A DNA stretch of 64,000 bases, taken from positions 1,120,001-1,184,000 of the forward strand of contig CAVQEQ010000003.1 in assembly GCA_963711565.1 (NCBI GenBank), given 5' to 3'. This document shows, piece by piece, positions 8,789 through 18,283 of the stretch. Origin of the DNA: an uncultured delta proteobacterium (GTDB lineage Bacteria > Desulfobacterota > Binatia > Binatales > Binataceae). The notes beneath the pieces are model-generated. The model searched no databases and was not told where the DNA came from. It saw only the letters and a program-made list of their open reading frames with translations. The position numbers and the translations under genes are program-made. Every line of letters starts with the position of its first letter. Positions within the stretch are counted from its first letter, which is position 1.

Positions 8789-10155
8789 TGCGAGTCCATC
8801 ACGATTCGTGCGTCGCCGGCGCGCGGTGTGAGATGGCCGTCGCGCAGGATGCCGCGACGCTCGCACCATTCCTCGAACTCGGGCGCGGGGCGCAGATTGA
8901 GTACCGCGCGCAGCGCCGCGGCGTCGTGGTAGCTGGTCGATTGATAGGAGAGCATCACGTCGTCGCCCATCGGCACCGCCATGAAGTAGTTGCATCCGGC
9001 GGACGCGAGCAGCACCGCGAGATTCTCGCAATCGTTCTGATCGGCGCGCGCGTGATTGGTGTAGCATGCGTCGGCGCCGTGCGGAACGCCGAGCAGCTTG
9101 CCCATCAGGTGATCCTCAAGGCCGGCGCGCGTGATCTGTTTCGCATCATATAGATACTCAGGCCCAATGAATCCAACGACGGTGTTGACGAGCAGCGGCG
9201 AGTAGCGGCGCGCCAGGCCGTAGCATCGCGCCTCGAGCGTGACCTGATCGGCGCCCTCGTGCGCGCCGGCGGACAGCTCCGAGCCCTGCCCGGTCTCGAA
9301 GTACATCAGATTGGGTGAACGCAGGCGGCCAGTCTCGCGAATCATCGCGTAGCCGTCATCGAGCATCGCGACCGTGATGCCGAAACCGGCGTTGCCCTTC
9401 TCAGTACCGGCGAGACTTTGAAACATGATGTCCATCGGCGCGCCGGCTTCAAGCGCGCGCATCTGGGTCGTGATATGGCCGAGCACGCAGTTCTGCGTCG
9501 GCACGCCGGTGCGATCGATAATGCCGGCGGTGAGTTCGAGCAGGCGGCGGATGTTGTCGGGCTCGTCGATGCACGGGTTGATGCCGATCAGCGCGTCGCC
9601 GGTCGCGTAGGCGAGGCCTTCGTAGGTAGCGGCGGCGATGCCGGTGAGATCGTCGCGCGGATGGTTGGGCTGCAGGCGCGTCGAGAGGCGGCCGGGAAGA
9701 CCAAGCGTGGTGCGCGCGTGAGTGACGACGCGAATCTTCGACGCGATCGCGATCAAGTCGAGATTGGTGCATAGCTTGGCGACCGCGGCGGCAATCTCGG
9801 CGGTGATGCCGCGACCGGCCGCGAGGATCGCGTCGCCGGTCGTCGCGTCGTCGAGCAGCCATTCGCGAAACTCGCCGACGGTATTGTTGCGCACGTTGGC
9901 GAAGGCGTCGCGGTCGAGCGCGTCGTCGATGACGCGCGTCACCTCGTCGCGATCGTAGGCGACGACCGGATGCTCGCGCAGATCGTTCAGCGTGAGATTG
10001 GCGAGCACGGTCTTGGCGGCGATGCGTTCCTGCTCGGAGCGCGCCGCGATACCGGCGAGTTCGTCGCCCGAGCGCGCTTCGTTGGCGCGCGCGAGCAGTT
10101 CCTTCACCGAGCGAAACCGATACGAAGTGCCGAGCAGTCGAGTCGAGAGTTTCAT
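8785..10155 (-). CDS. eutB: Ethanolamine ammonia-lyase large subunit
   Basis: RLQPNHP.DD, GDALIGINP, FQSLAG, MYFETGQGS, NTVVGFIGPEYL, CYTNH. Confidence 0.97.
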   Translation of the reverse strand: MKLSTRLLGTSYRFRSVKELLARANEARSGDELAGIAARSEQERIAAKTVLANLTLNDLREHPVVAYDRDEVTRVIDDALDRDAFANVRNNTVGEFREWLLDDATTGDAILAAGRGITAEIAAAVAKLCTNLDLIAIASKIRVVTHARTTLGLPGRLSTRLQPNHPRDDLTGIAAATYEGLAYATGDALIGINPCIDEPDNIRRLLELTAGIIDRTGVPTQNCVLGHITTQMRALEAGAPMDIMFQSLAGTEKGNAGFGITVAMLDDGYAMIRETGRLRSPNLMYFETGQGSELSAGAHEGADQVTLEARCYGLARRYSPLLVNTVVGFIGPEYLYDAKQITRAGLEDHLMGKLLGVPHGADACYTNHARADQNDCENLAVLLASAGCNYFMAVPMGDDVMLSYQSTSYHDAAALRAVLNLRPAPEFEEWCERRGILRDGHLTPRAGDARIVMDSH

Positions 10156-10174
10156 TCCAGCTTTTGAAGCACCA

Positions 10175-10543
10175 TCATGCGGCAAAGTGAAAAACGCGGA
10201 CGCTGCTGATCAGTGCGTCGCGCCATTCGATCAGCTCGAGCACGTGCACCGGCTTTGCGTCGAGGTTCGAATGGAGGCGGTACTCGACTGCCGCGCGATC
10301 GCCGGATTCGGTGACGGTGAGGATCTCGAAACGCAGTTCGCGATAGCGCTCGAGGCCGCGACGCGCATACACGGCGATTTCATGATGGCCATTCAGCTCG
10401 AGCCTGCCGAGTTCGGGATAGATTTTCGCGATAAGCGCGCTCTGATGAGTCGCGTCGCGAGTGTAGAGCGCGACGACGCGGGCCGGATCGCGGCTTTCCC
10501 ACGCGGATTTCCATGCTTCGACGCGGGCGCTCGATGTGGGCAT
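10175..10543 (-). CDS. SnoaL-like/NTF2 domain protein
   Basis: AWESRD..ALYTRDA pattern; co-oriented just upstream of eutB. Confidence 0.75.
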   Translation of the reverse strand: MPTSSARVEAWKSAWESRDPARVVALYTRDATHQSALIAKIYPELGRLELNGHHEIAVYARRGLERYRELRFEILTVTESGDRAAVEYRLHSNLDAKPVHVLELIEWRDALISSVRVFHFAA

Positions 10544-10731
10544 GGAAAGAACTTAACGCGGCGCATTGATAAGTGGAAATGGTGCGCGACGGCAGTTGGT
10601 ACCATCGGTAGTGGTTTTTGCGTGCGCGAGCTATCGCCACCGAGATTACGCTCATTACGGTAACCGCAAGAACCCAGTAATGATTGCCGCGTGCGTGACC
10701 GAAAGATATGGACTGTCATGTGGACTGATTA

Positions 10732-10938
10732 GTGAATCCGAGCAAGATCGTTTCAGTTGCGCCGATCTTCAATAGCGATCCCCAAAGCGTGCATATTGAG
10801 GTTCTCTGTTCTCTCTGCGGTGAGCTCGATAGCGTAGTGCTTAACCTCGAAGAACCAAGAAATCTGACCTGGCTACGGCGCCACGATTTCTATTTCCTCT
10901 GCGGGCGCCATCGCCGCCCTTCGGCCGGGTCGGCTTAG
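10732..10938 (+). CDS. Hypothetical small protein, possibly Zn-binding
   Basis: 68 aa with CSLC and CGRH in an otherwise unexplained gap; weak support. Confidence 0.35.
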   Translation: MNPSKIVSVAPIFNSDPQSVHIEVLCSLCGELDSVVLNLEEPRNLTWLRRHDFYFLCGRHRRPSAGSA

Positions 10939-11079
10939 GACGATCTGAGAGAATCAGCGCAACGGACAATTGCGCCGCAAAGTGTCCTCCACTCTAACGC
11001 TCCTCCAACGTAAAGCAGGGAATCGGACGGAGTCGGAGTAGCGCGCGATGCACGACGCCCGTAAGATACCAGTCCGCGT

Positions 11080-11886
11080 ATGAGACTGCTTCGACTGCTT
11101 GCCGCCATCGCTTTGCTCGCCGCTGTTTCGATTTTCGCGACGATTGTGCATGCGGCGCAGATGGGGAACCTCAAGCTCGATGTGCTCGGCGATAACGGCG
11201 CTGGAGCGAAAAATCCGGCGCATGTGATTGCGGCGAACGGCAAGGAGGTCGGACAGGTGATCGCGGGTTCGTCGATCACGCTGCCGCCGGGGGAGTACAA
11301 GCTAGTGCTGCCGATTGTCGGCGGGCAGATCGTCAAGGACGGCGTTCAGATCGAGGCGGGGCGCACGCATACCGTGCTGATCGAAAATGTCGCGGCGCTG
11401 CAGGTCAGCGTGAAGTACAAGACCGGCGCCGATCCCGGTTTCGGCGTGACCGTGACGACCACCGACCTCCCGCACACCAAGGTCGTCAGCTTTATTTCGG
11501 GCGATAAGTATCTGTTCGCGCCGCAACAGGTGGACGTACACGTCAACGCGCCGCCGCAGGGATACGACTGGCACGCGGTGGCGCTCGCGCCGGGGCATCG
11601 CGCGCTGCTGACGCTCGACGAAGTGGTGCAGGCCGATTTGCTCGTGCAGCCGGTGATGTCGAAAATCACGATCAACGATTCGACGCGGGTGGTCGTCCTG
11701 CGCGCGGGCACACAGACCAAAGTCGCGGAGAGCGACCCCGGCGGCGAGCATCGGTTCAAACTTGACCCGGGCGACTACGACGTTTTTGTGGAAAACCGCT
11801 CCGGCAAGGGCAGGCCGTTCGTGACCTCGGCTGGAATCCATCTCGATTCCGGTGCAAAGGTGGTACGGACGGTCCCGCTGGACTAA
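11080..11886 (+). CDS. Secreted hypothetical protein with repeated beta-sandwich modules
   Basis: Signal peptide (..VHA-A); LPPGEYKL and LDPGDYDV repeats. Confidence 0.75.
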   Translation: MRLLRLLAAIALLAAVSIFATIVHAAQMGNLKLDVLGDNGAGAKNPAHVIAANGKEVGQVIAGSSITLPPGEYKLVLPIVGGQIVKDGVQIEAGRTHTVLIENVAALQVSVKYKTGADPGFGVTVTTTDLPHTKVVSFISGDKYLFAPQQVDVHVNAPPQGYDWHAVALAPGHRALLTLDEVVQADLLVQPVMSKITINDSTRVVVLRAGTQTKVAESDPGGEHRFKLDPGDYDVFVENRSGKGRPFVTSAGIHLDSGAKVVRTVPLD

Positions 11887-11908
11887 GGAAAAAAAGAAGA
11901 GAGGTCAG

Positions 11909-12016
11909 ATGGCAAGCGAACGGCAAAAGGAAATCAAGCGGCGGCGCAAACGGAAAAAGTCCAGGCTGCAGGCGAAGACCAGGGAGTCAAGGAAGAAGGC
12001 CCGGAAGAAGAGGTAG
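11909..12016 (+). CDS. Very basic 35-aa small protein
   Basis: ATG 11909 after AGAGGT; MASERQKEIKRRRKRKKSRLQAKTRESRKKARKKR*; below the ORF-track cutoff. Confidence 0.6.
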   Translation: MASERQKEIKRRRKRKKSRLQAKTRESRKKARKKR

Positions 12017-12043
12017 GAAGAAATAATCGCCTGCGCGGCGGGC

Positions 12044-12070
12044 GGCAGGGGTGACCCCTGCACCCAGTGT
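12044..12070 (-). repeat. Repeat family A, half copy
   Basis: GGCAGGGGTGACCCCTGCACCCAGTGT (reverse complement of the first hairpin). Confidence 0.85.
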
Positions 12071-12161
12071 GAAGCGCAAAGTTGCGCGCGGCGCGCTACT
12101 TTGCTCTCAGGGGCGAGGCTCGATGGCGTACGCGGGGAAGAATTTCGGAGCGAGGTCTGAG

Positions 12162-12968
12162 ATGACATACGAGACGATCCTCTATGACGTGACGGATGAG
12201 ATTGCGACGGTTACGCTCAATCGTCCGGCCAAGATGAACTCGTACACCACGACCATGGGCGCGGAGATTACCGACGCGATGATTCGCGCCGATGCCGACG
12301 CTGTTGTGCGCGTGATCATGATCACTGGTGCGGGCGATCGCGCGTTCTGCGCGGGCGCCGATATGAGCATGTTCGCGTCGGACATCAAGACCCGCGAAGA
12401 AAAGCCGGCAGTGACCGAGCGTCGCGCACGCGCGGTCGTATCGCTGCCGCAGGTGATGCGCAATCTGTCCAAGCCGACGATTGCCGCGATCAACGGCTAC
12501 GCACTCGGCGTAGGATGCACGATTCCGCTGCTGTTCGACGTGCGAATCGCGTCGGACAACGCCAAGATGGGCGTGATCTTCCCGCGCGTCGGCCTGATGA
12601 GCGAGCTGGGATCGAGCTACCTGATGCCGCGGCTGATCGGGCTCGCGCGCACGGCCGAGATGATGCTGACGGGGCGGCAATACCCCGCCGGCGAATGCCT
12701 CGCGATGGGTCTCGTGAGCCGCGTCGTGCCTTTGGCGAACCTTATGACGACAGCGCGCGAGCTGGCGGGCGACATGCTGCAATGCTCGCCAACGTCGCTG
12801 GCGTACACGCGCAAGGCGCTGTACCAGGGACTCGACGGCACGCTCGAAACGGCGATGGCGTTCGAGGGCTTCGCGCTCGAGAAATGCTACGTGAGCCCCG
12901 AGCACAAGGAATACGTCGCGGCATTCCTGGAAAAGCGCAAACCAAATTTCAAAAAGGCGAAAGCGTAA
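12162..12968 (+). CDS. Enoyl-CoA hydratase/isomerase family protein
   Basis: TLNRP, AFCAGAD, KPTIAAING.A.G.G, FLEKRKP. Confidence 0.93.
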   Translation: MTYETILYDVTDEIATVTLNRPAKMNSYTTTMGAEITDAMIRADADAVVRVIMITGAGDRAFCAGADMSMFASDIKTREEKPAVTERRARAVVSLPQVMRNLSKPTIAAINGYALGVGCTIPLLFDVRIASDNAKMGVIFPRVGLMSELGSSYLMPRLIGLARTAEMMLTGRQYPAGECLAMGLVSRVVPLANLMTTARELAGDMLQCSPTSLAYTRKALYQGLDGTLETAMAFEGFALEKCYVSPEHKEYVAAFLEKRKPNFKKAKA

Positions 12969-13148
12969 GACCCACCAAGGAGGGCGGGACAAGGCCCATC
13001 GCAGAGACTTGACCGAGGCGATGCCAGAGACTAAGTTTTGCCAGTAGATAACTTAGTGAGTCTTATTTATCATCTTAATCAAAGCAGGCTCCGCCGTTGA
13101 GTTTGGCGGAGGTCATCAAAAAGAAATTCCAAGAGGCAGGTAAGGATT

Positions 13149-13787
13149 ATGGCACTTCATATCGGAAGCGTGGCACCGGATTTTACCCAGGAATCGACCG
13201 AGGGCCCGATTCATTTTCACGAATGGATTGGCGACAAGTGGGCGATTCTGTTCTCGCATCCCAAGGACTTCACCCCCGTCTGCACGACCGAGCTCGGCAC
13301 CGTGGCCAAGCTCAAGGGCGAGTTCGACAAGCGCAATATCAAGGCGATTGGCGTGAGCGTCGATGACGTGCCGTCGCATAAGAAGTGGGTCGGCGATATC
13401 GAGGAGACGCAGAACACCAAGCTGAACTTTCCGCTCCTCGGCGACGCCGACAAGAAAGTCGCGAAGCTCTACGACATGATTCATCCGGAATGGAACGACA
13501 CGCTGACGGTGCGCTCGGTTTTCGTGATCGATCACAACAAGAAAATCCGCCTGACGCTCACCTACCCCGCCAGCACTGGGCGCAACTTCCAGGAAATCCT
13601 GCGCGCGATCGACTCGCTGCAGCTCACCGACAAGTACTCGGTGGCGACGCCGGCCGACTGGAAGAAGGGCGAGGACGTGATCATCGTGCCGTCGCTGCAG
13701 GATCCTGAAGTTATCAAGCAGAAGTTCCCCAAGGGCTACAAGGCAGTGAGGCCGTACTTGCGCATCACGCCCGACCCGAGCAAGTAG
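13149..13787 (+). CDS. 1-Cys peroxiredoxin (Prx6 family)
   Basis: FSHPKDFTPVCTTE, YPASTGRNF, ATPADW. Confidence 0.96.
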   Translation: MALHIGSVAPDFTQESTEGPIHFHEWIGDKWAILFSHPKDFTPVCTTELGTVAKLKGEFDKRNIKAIGVSVDDVPSHKKWVGDIEETQNTKLNFPLLGDADKKVAKLYDMIHPEWNDTLTVRSVFVIDHNKKIRLTLTYPASTGRNFQEILRAIDSLQLTDKYSVATPADWKKGEDVIIVPSLQDPEVIKQKFPKGYKAVRPYLRITPDPSK

Positions 13788-13819
13788 CAGGGGTGACCCC
13801 TGCACCCAGTATTAAGAGA
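13787..13819 (-). repeat. Repeat family A, half copy
   Basis: GCAGGGGTGACCCCTGCACCCAGTATTAAGAGA immediately after the prx stop. Confidence 0.85.
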
Positions 13820-13852
13820 AGCGGCTCTCCTCGCGGAGGGCCGCTTTTGTTT
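13819..13852 (+). terminator. Rho-independent terminator
   Basis: AAGCGGCTCTCC-TCGC-GGAGGGCCGCTT followed by TTGTTT, between convergent genes. Confidence 0.8.
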
Positions 13853-13863
13853 GTCGTCATGCG

Positions 13864-14979
13864 TCAGGGGTCGAGATCGATCGCGCGCTTCTCGCGCGCG
13901 CTGCGCTCCGCCGCGACGCCTATCGCTACGGCCCGCAATCCGTCCTCCGCCGTGACTTCGACCGCGCCCTGACCGCGTATCGCGGCGAGGAACGCGCCGT
14001 GCTGATAGTAGGTCGCGCCGTGATGGTGCCCGGCGCGCAGCACCTGCTCATCGACCACGACGTGCTCGCGCTCGACTTTCTTCGGGGCGAATCCTACCCG
14101 CGGACTGAAGACGATGTCGCCGTCGGGAATCAGGACTTCGAGCTTCGCGCGATCGCCCACCGCCGCGATCTCCTGCTCGTTGCGCGAGCCTTCGGCGAAC
14201 ATGCACAGATCGAGCATCGCACGCGCGCCGTTGGCAAAATCGACGATCGTGTAACTATTGTCGATGATGTCGGGCTTCTCGCCGGCGTATCTTTCGTCCC
14301 GGTGATTTACGTCCATCGCGCCCGAGCAGAACACGCGGGTTGGCTCCGCATCGACGATCAGCCGCATCAGATCGAAAAAATGGCAGCACTTCTCGACCAT
14401 CGTTCCGCCCGTATTTCGGTTGAAGCGATTCCAATCGCCGACTTTCCGCAGGAATGGAAACCGATGCTCCCGAATCGCGAGCATCCGCAGGTTCCCGACC
14501 GCCCCAGCCTTCACCCGCGCGACGAACTCGGCCACCGGCGGCATGTAGCGATACTCCATGCCGACCCAGAAGACGCCGCCCGTCCGCTCCGTGTGCGCGA
14601 GCGCAGCGTCCACCGTTCGGCGCGCGTCGTCGAGCGTCGTGCACAACGGCTTCTCGCACAGGATATGCAATCCGGTGCCGAACAGCGGCTTGAGCGTGTC
14701 ATGATGAGTATGGTTGGGTGAGGCGACGATGACCGCATCGAGCGCAAAGCCGGAATTTCTCGCCGCGACTAGCGCGGCGCAATCGTCAAACGTCTCGACC
14801 TTGTTCGCATCCTCGCCGAGCGCCGCCTTCGCCTTGTCGAGCGATCTTCGCGTCGGATCGGAAAGCGCGACGATTTGCGCATCTGGACGAAGCTTGAGAT
14901 TCCTGATGTGCTCGATTCCCATCAGGCCCGTGCCGACGATCGCAAAGCGCACCTTGCCGCCGTCATGTTTCACCGCCAT
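13864..14979 (-). CDS. Gfo/Idh/MocA-fold protein, probable NAD+-dependent sulfoquinovosidase (SqgA/GH188-like)
   Basis: GTGLMG, CEKP, MEYRY, EHRFPFLRKV..WNR, EKCCHFFD, GHHHG; divergent from a SmoC-like LLM. Confidence 0.78.
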   Translation of the reverse strand: MAVKHDGGKVRFAIVGTGLMGIEHIRNLKLRPDAQIVALSDPTRRSLDKAKAALGEDANKVETFDDCAALVAARNSGFALDAVIVASPNHTHHDTLKPLFGTGLHILCEKPLCTTLDDARRTVDAALAHTERTGGVFWVGMEYRYMPPVAEFVARVKAGAVGNLRMLAIREHRFPFLRKVGDWNRFNRNTGGTMVEKCCHFFDLMRLIVDAEPTRVFCSGAMDVNHRDERYAGEKPDIIDNSYTIVDFANGARAMLDLCMFAEGSRNEQEIAAVGDRAKLEVLIPDGDIVFSPRVGFAPKKVEREHVVVDEQVLRAGHHHGATYYQHGAFLAAIRGQGAVEVTAEDGLRAVAIGVAAERSAREKRAIDLDP

Positions 14980-15038
14980 GAATTCTCACTCCGTCGCTCA
15001 GCCGAAAACTCTACTATGAATCCTGTCGAGTCGCTGCC

Positions 15039-16119
15039 GTGAGCGATCCATCGAAACTCCCGCCCGTCGAAGTGAGCTGGTTCTCCGCACTGTGCGACGA
15101 CGACTACGAATTCCTCGGCGTCCCCGACGAGCGCCTGCGCTCCAGCTACGAACATTGCCGCGACATCGTGCTCGGTGCGGAGCGCGGCGGCTTCGACAAT
15201 ATCCTGCTGCCGTCCGGCTATCAGCTCGGCATCGATACCATCGCGTTCGCCGGCGGGATCGCGCCGCTCATCAGCCGCATCCGCCTGCTGGTGGCGGTCC
15301 GATGCGGTGAGATGTGGCCGCCGCAGCTCGCGCGCCAAATCGCCACGCTCGATCGCATGCTCGGCGGACGGCTGACGATCAACATCATCTTCGAGCGAGC
15401 TGCCGGGGCAGCCGATGGAGTCCGGGCCGCGCTACCGGCGATGCGTCGAGGTCATGCGCATCCTGCGGACGCTGCTGGATAGTGAATCTCTCGCGATCGA
15501 CGGCGAGTTCTACAAGGTCAAACTCGAGCCGCCTCGCCTCGCGACGGTTTCGCGCCGGTGTCCCCCGATGTACTTCGGCGGCCTGTCAGACGACGCGCGC
15601 GAGGCCGCGGCCGAAGGATGCGACGTGTACCTGATGTGGCCGGACACACTCGACAACGTGAAGGCGATCATCGACGACCTGTCGGCTCGCGCGGCGCGCC
15701 GCGGACGCAAGCTCAGATTCGGCTATCGCGTGCACGTGGTGGTGCGCGAAACTGAATCCGAAGCGCGCGGCGCCGCCGATCGATTGTTGTCGCGGCTCGA
15801 CGCGGACGTGGGCGACCAGATCCTGCGCAAGTCCCTCGACCATCAATCGACCGGCACCCGCCGTCAGGCGGAACTACGCCAAGGCGCGACCGGCGACGGC
15901 TATATCGAAGAGAATCTGTGGACCGGCATCGGGCGCGCACGCTCGGGATGCGGCGCGGCAATCGTCGGCGACCCCGATCAGGTCCTGCGCAAGCTCAACG
16001 CCTATCGCCGCCTCGGAATCGAGGCCTTCATCCTGTCCGGCTATCCCCACGCCGCCGAATGCGACCTGTTCGCGCGCCACGTCCTGCCGCACCTGGATCA
16101 CGGCCCGCTGACCATCTGA
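15039..16119 (+). pseudogene. LLM-class flavin monooxygenase (sulfoquinovose monooxygenase SmoC-like), frameshifted
   Basis: EVSWFSALC.DDY..LGVPD, CGEM, NLWTGIGRARSGCGAA, LSGYPH; removing one T at 15390-15391 joins the two ORFs as INIISSELPG. Confidence 0.82.
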
Positions 16120-16197
16120 CCGCGGCCGGCGCACTTGACGCCGCTACGCGCGCAGACTGCAAGAAGGGCGCGTAACCTTCGTGGCGACGACCGGGGC

Positions 16198-16680
16198 CTA
16201 CTCCTCTGTCTCCGTCAGTTCGAATGTCCCCTTGCCCTTGCAGTGCCCGCCGCCCTTGACCAGGAACGTGCCCTCCATCGTGGGCGGCATCGCGTCAGGA
16301 TCGACGGTCGCCAGCACCTTGGCGGTACAATCGTGACTAGCCCCGCTCGTAGTATGAAATGTGATCTTGAGGTCGTCTTTGGAAATCTTGCCGCTGACGT
16401 TTCCGGCGGGAGTCTCATCGTCGGTTGTCACACTGAAAGTACCGCCGAGTTTTTTCTGATTTTGAGTGAGCACCAGCGTCATCGGACCCGGGCTGCTGCC
16501 GTCCTGAGTGTCCGTGCCGGTCCAGGTGCCCGCGACCTGGGTAATCGGTGGCTTGTTCTTCGCTTCGCCCGTGCCGGATTCGTCGGCATCCTGCGCGTGC
16601 GCGGCGGTCAGGCAAAGCAAAGCCAACAGTATCGACGACGCGGCGAATATCGCCCCGACGCGCTTCATTGGTAACTTCAT
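16198..16680 (-). CDS. Secreted hypothetical protein
   Basis: Signal peptide ending AHA-Q; GTWTGT beta-rich motif; start uncertain. Confidence 0.7.
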   Translation of the reverse strand: MKLPMKRVGAIFAASSILLALLCLTAAHAQDADESGTGEAKNKPPITQVAGTWTGTDTQDGSSPGPMTLVLTQNQKKLGGTFSVTTDDETPAGNVSGKISKDDLKITFHTTSGASHDCTAKVLATVDPDAMPPTMEGTFLVKGGGHCKGKGTFELTETEE

Positions 16681-16931
16681 ATCGTTCCTCCCCCTCAATC
16701 CCTTCGACGGAATTATGGCTGACAAACTAATGCCAATGCGGTTCATAGTACGATCTCAATCGTTAAAGGTTACAGAATCATTCGATTGTGACTTGTGTTT
16801 AGCAGAAGCGCGCTGGCTGTGTCTGGAAACAGACGGCTACGTCAAATCGGCGCGGAAGCGGGTGCTGTCCCCCGGGCGAGGGCGCTGAGGAAGAATGAAA
16901 GTGCCGATATAAGTTGCGCGAGGCCGCTTGG

Positions 16932-16974
16932 CTTGACACTGCAACTTGACAGTGTCAAGTATTCATCCTATGCT
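16932..16974 (+). promoter_or_regulatory. Sigma70 promoter overlapped by an operator palindrome
   Basis: TTGACA (16946-51), 17 bp, TATGCT (16969-74); palindrome ACTTGACA-G-TGTCAAGT 16944-16960. Confidence 0.85.
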
Positions 16975-17005
16975 CCGTCGCAGAACAAGATGAGGAGCAC
17001 CGCCG

Positions 17006-18283
17006 ATGGAACCTTCAGAATACGTCGCCCCGGATGGCTCGTGGATTCAGCCTGAAATCTTCTCCGACCCCGCGCTCTACGAACTCGAAAAACAGCGCGT
17101 GTTCGGACGCTCGTGGCTGCTGCTCGGCCATGAATCGCAATTGCCAAGGCCCGGATCATTTCTGCGCACGTTCATGGGCGAGGAGTCCGTGCTCGTGACG
17201 CGCGACCGCAACGGCAGCCTTCGCGCGCATCTCAACGCGTGCCGCCATCGCGGCTTCCAGGTATGCCAGGAGGATCGCGGCATCGCGCATCGCTTTCAGT
17301 GCCGCTACCACGGCTGGACCTACGACAGCGACGGCAGCCTGGCCGCGGTGCCCGGCGAGGCGTCGATCTACTACAACGAAATCGACAAGCAGAAATGGGG
17401 ACTGGCGCCGGTCGCGCGCCTCGACACGTACAAGGGACTGATCTTCGGCAATTTCGATCCGGACGCGCCGACGCTCGAGGACTTCCTCGGCGACATGGCA
17501 TGGTACCTCGACGTGATTCTCGACCGCCGCGCCGGCGGCACCGAATTCCTCGGGCCGCAGCGATGGCGTATCGCGAGCAACTGGAAAGTCGTCGCGGAGA
17601 ATCATTGCGGCGACGAGTACCACGTCGGCTTCGCGCACGGCTCGGTCTTCCCGCCCGACCTCGGCGCCAATCGCGCCACTCCCCTGCCGTTCGCGCGCGA
17701 AGTTCGCCCGGCTCTCGGCCACGGTCTCGGCATCAATATCTTCCCCGATGAAATGTCGCCCGCGGAGCATTTGACTCAGAGCCCGGCCGCCGACGCGCCG
17801 CCGGAAGTTCGCGATTACCTGATGCGCACGCAGGACGAAGTCGTCGAGCGCCTGGGCAAACAGCGCTCGCACATCGTGCTCATCCACGGCGCGGTGTGGC
17901 CGAATTTCGGAATGGTGCCAATCGTGAACTCGCTCCGCATCATCCAGCCCCGAGGCGTCGGCGAAGTCGAGATGTGGGCGTACAGCCTTGTCGATCGCGA
18001 CGCGCCGGCCGCGGTGAAGGCCTGGATAGCCAGCCTGACGACTCGCACGTTCGGACCCGCCGGCAGCTTCGAGCAGGACGACGCCGCCAACTGGGCCGCG
18101 GTGACGCGCTCGAGCCTCGGCGTCGAGGCGCGCAAGCATCGCCTCAACCTGCAGATGGGCCTTGGGCACGAGGAGCGCTCCGATCGCGTGCCCGGCGAAC
18201 TCGGCATGACGGCGAGCGAGATCAATCAGCGCGGCTTCTATCTCCGCTGGATGCGCGACATGTTCGGAGGTGAATGCCGATGA
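17006..18283 (+). CDS. Aromatic ring-hydroxylating Rieske dioxygenase alpha subunit (HcaE/BphA1-like)
   Basis: CRHRG..CRYHGW Rieske site; NWK..AEN..GDEYH...AH; FEQDD. Confidence 0.95.
   Translation: MEPSEYVAPDGSWIQPEIFSDPALYELEKQRVFGRSWLLLGHESQLPRPGSFLRTFMGEESVLVTRDRNGSLRAHLNACRHRGFQVCQEDRGIAHRFQCRYHGWTYDSDGSLAAVPGEASIYYNEIDKQKWGLAPVARLDTYKGLIFGNFDPDAPTLEDFLGDMAWYLDVILDRRAGGTEFLGPQRWRIASNWKVVAENHCGDEYHVGFAHGSVFPPDLGANRATPLPFAREVRPALGHGLGINIFPDEMSPAEHLTQSPAADAPPEVRDYLMRTQDEVVERLGKQRSHIVLIHGAVWPNFGMVPIVNSLRIIQPRGVGEVEMWAYSLVDRDAPAAVKAWIASLTTRTFGPAGSFEQDDAANWAAVTRSSLGVEARKHRLNLQMGLGHEERSDRVPGELGMTASEINQRGFYLRWMRDMFGGECR

Noticed and set aside
8789-9067. Long N-terminal extensions in the ORF track (eutC, rpoN, lysS, ahcY, DUF4185 etc.)
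   Set aside because: They overlap upstream genes; downstream starts fit family lengths better
10544-11079. Cobalamin riboswitch upstream of eutBC
   Set aside because: AGGGAATCGG near 11017 is on the wrong strand and lacks the other B12-element motifs
15381-15400. Programmed ribosomal frameshift in the LLM gene
   Set aside because: No slippery heptamer or homopolymer at the site
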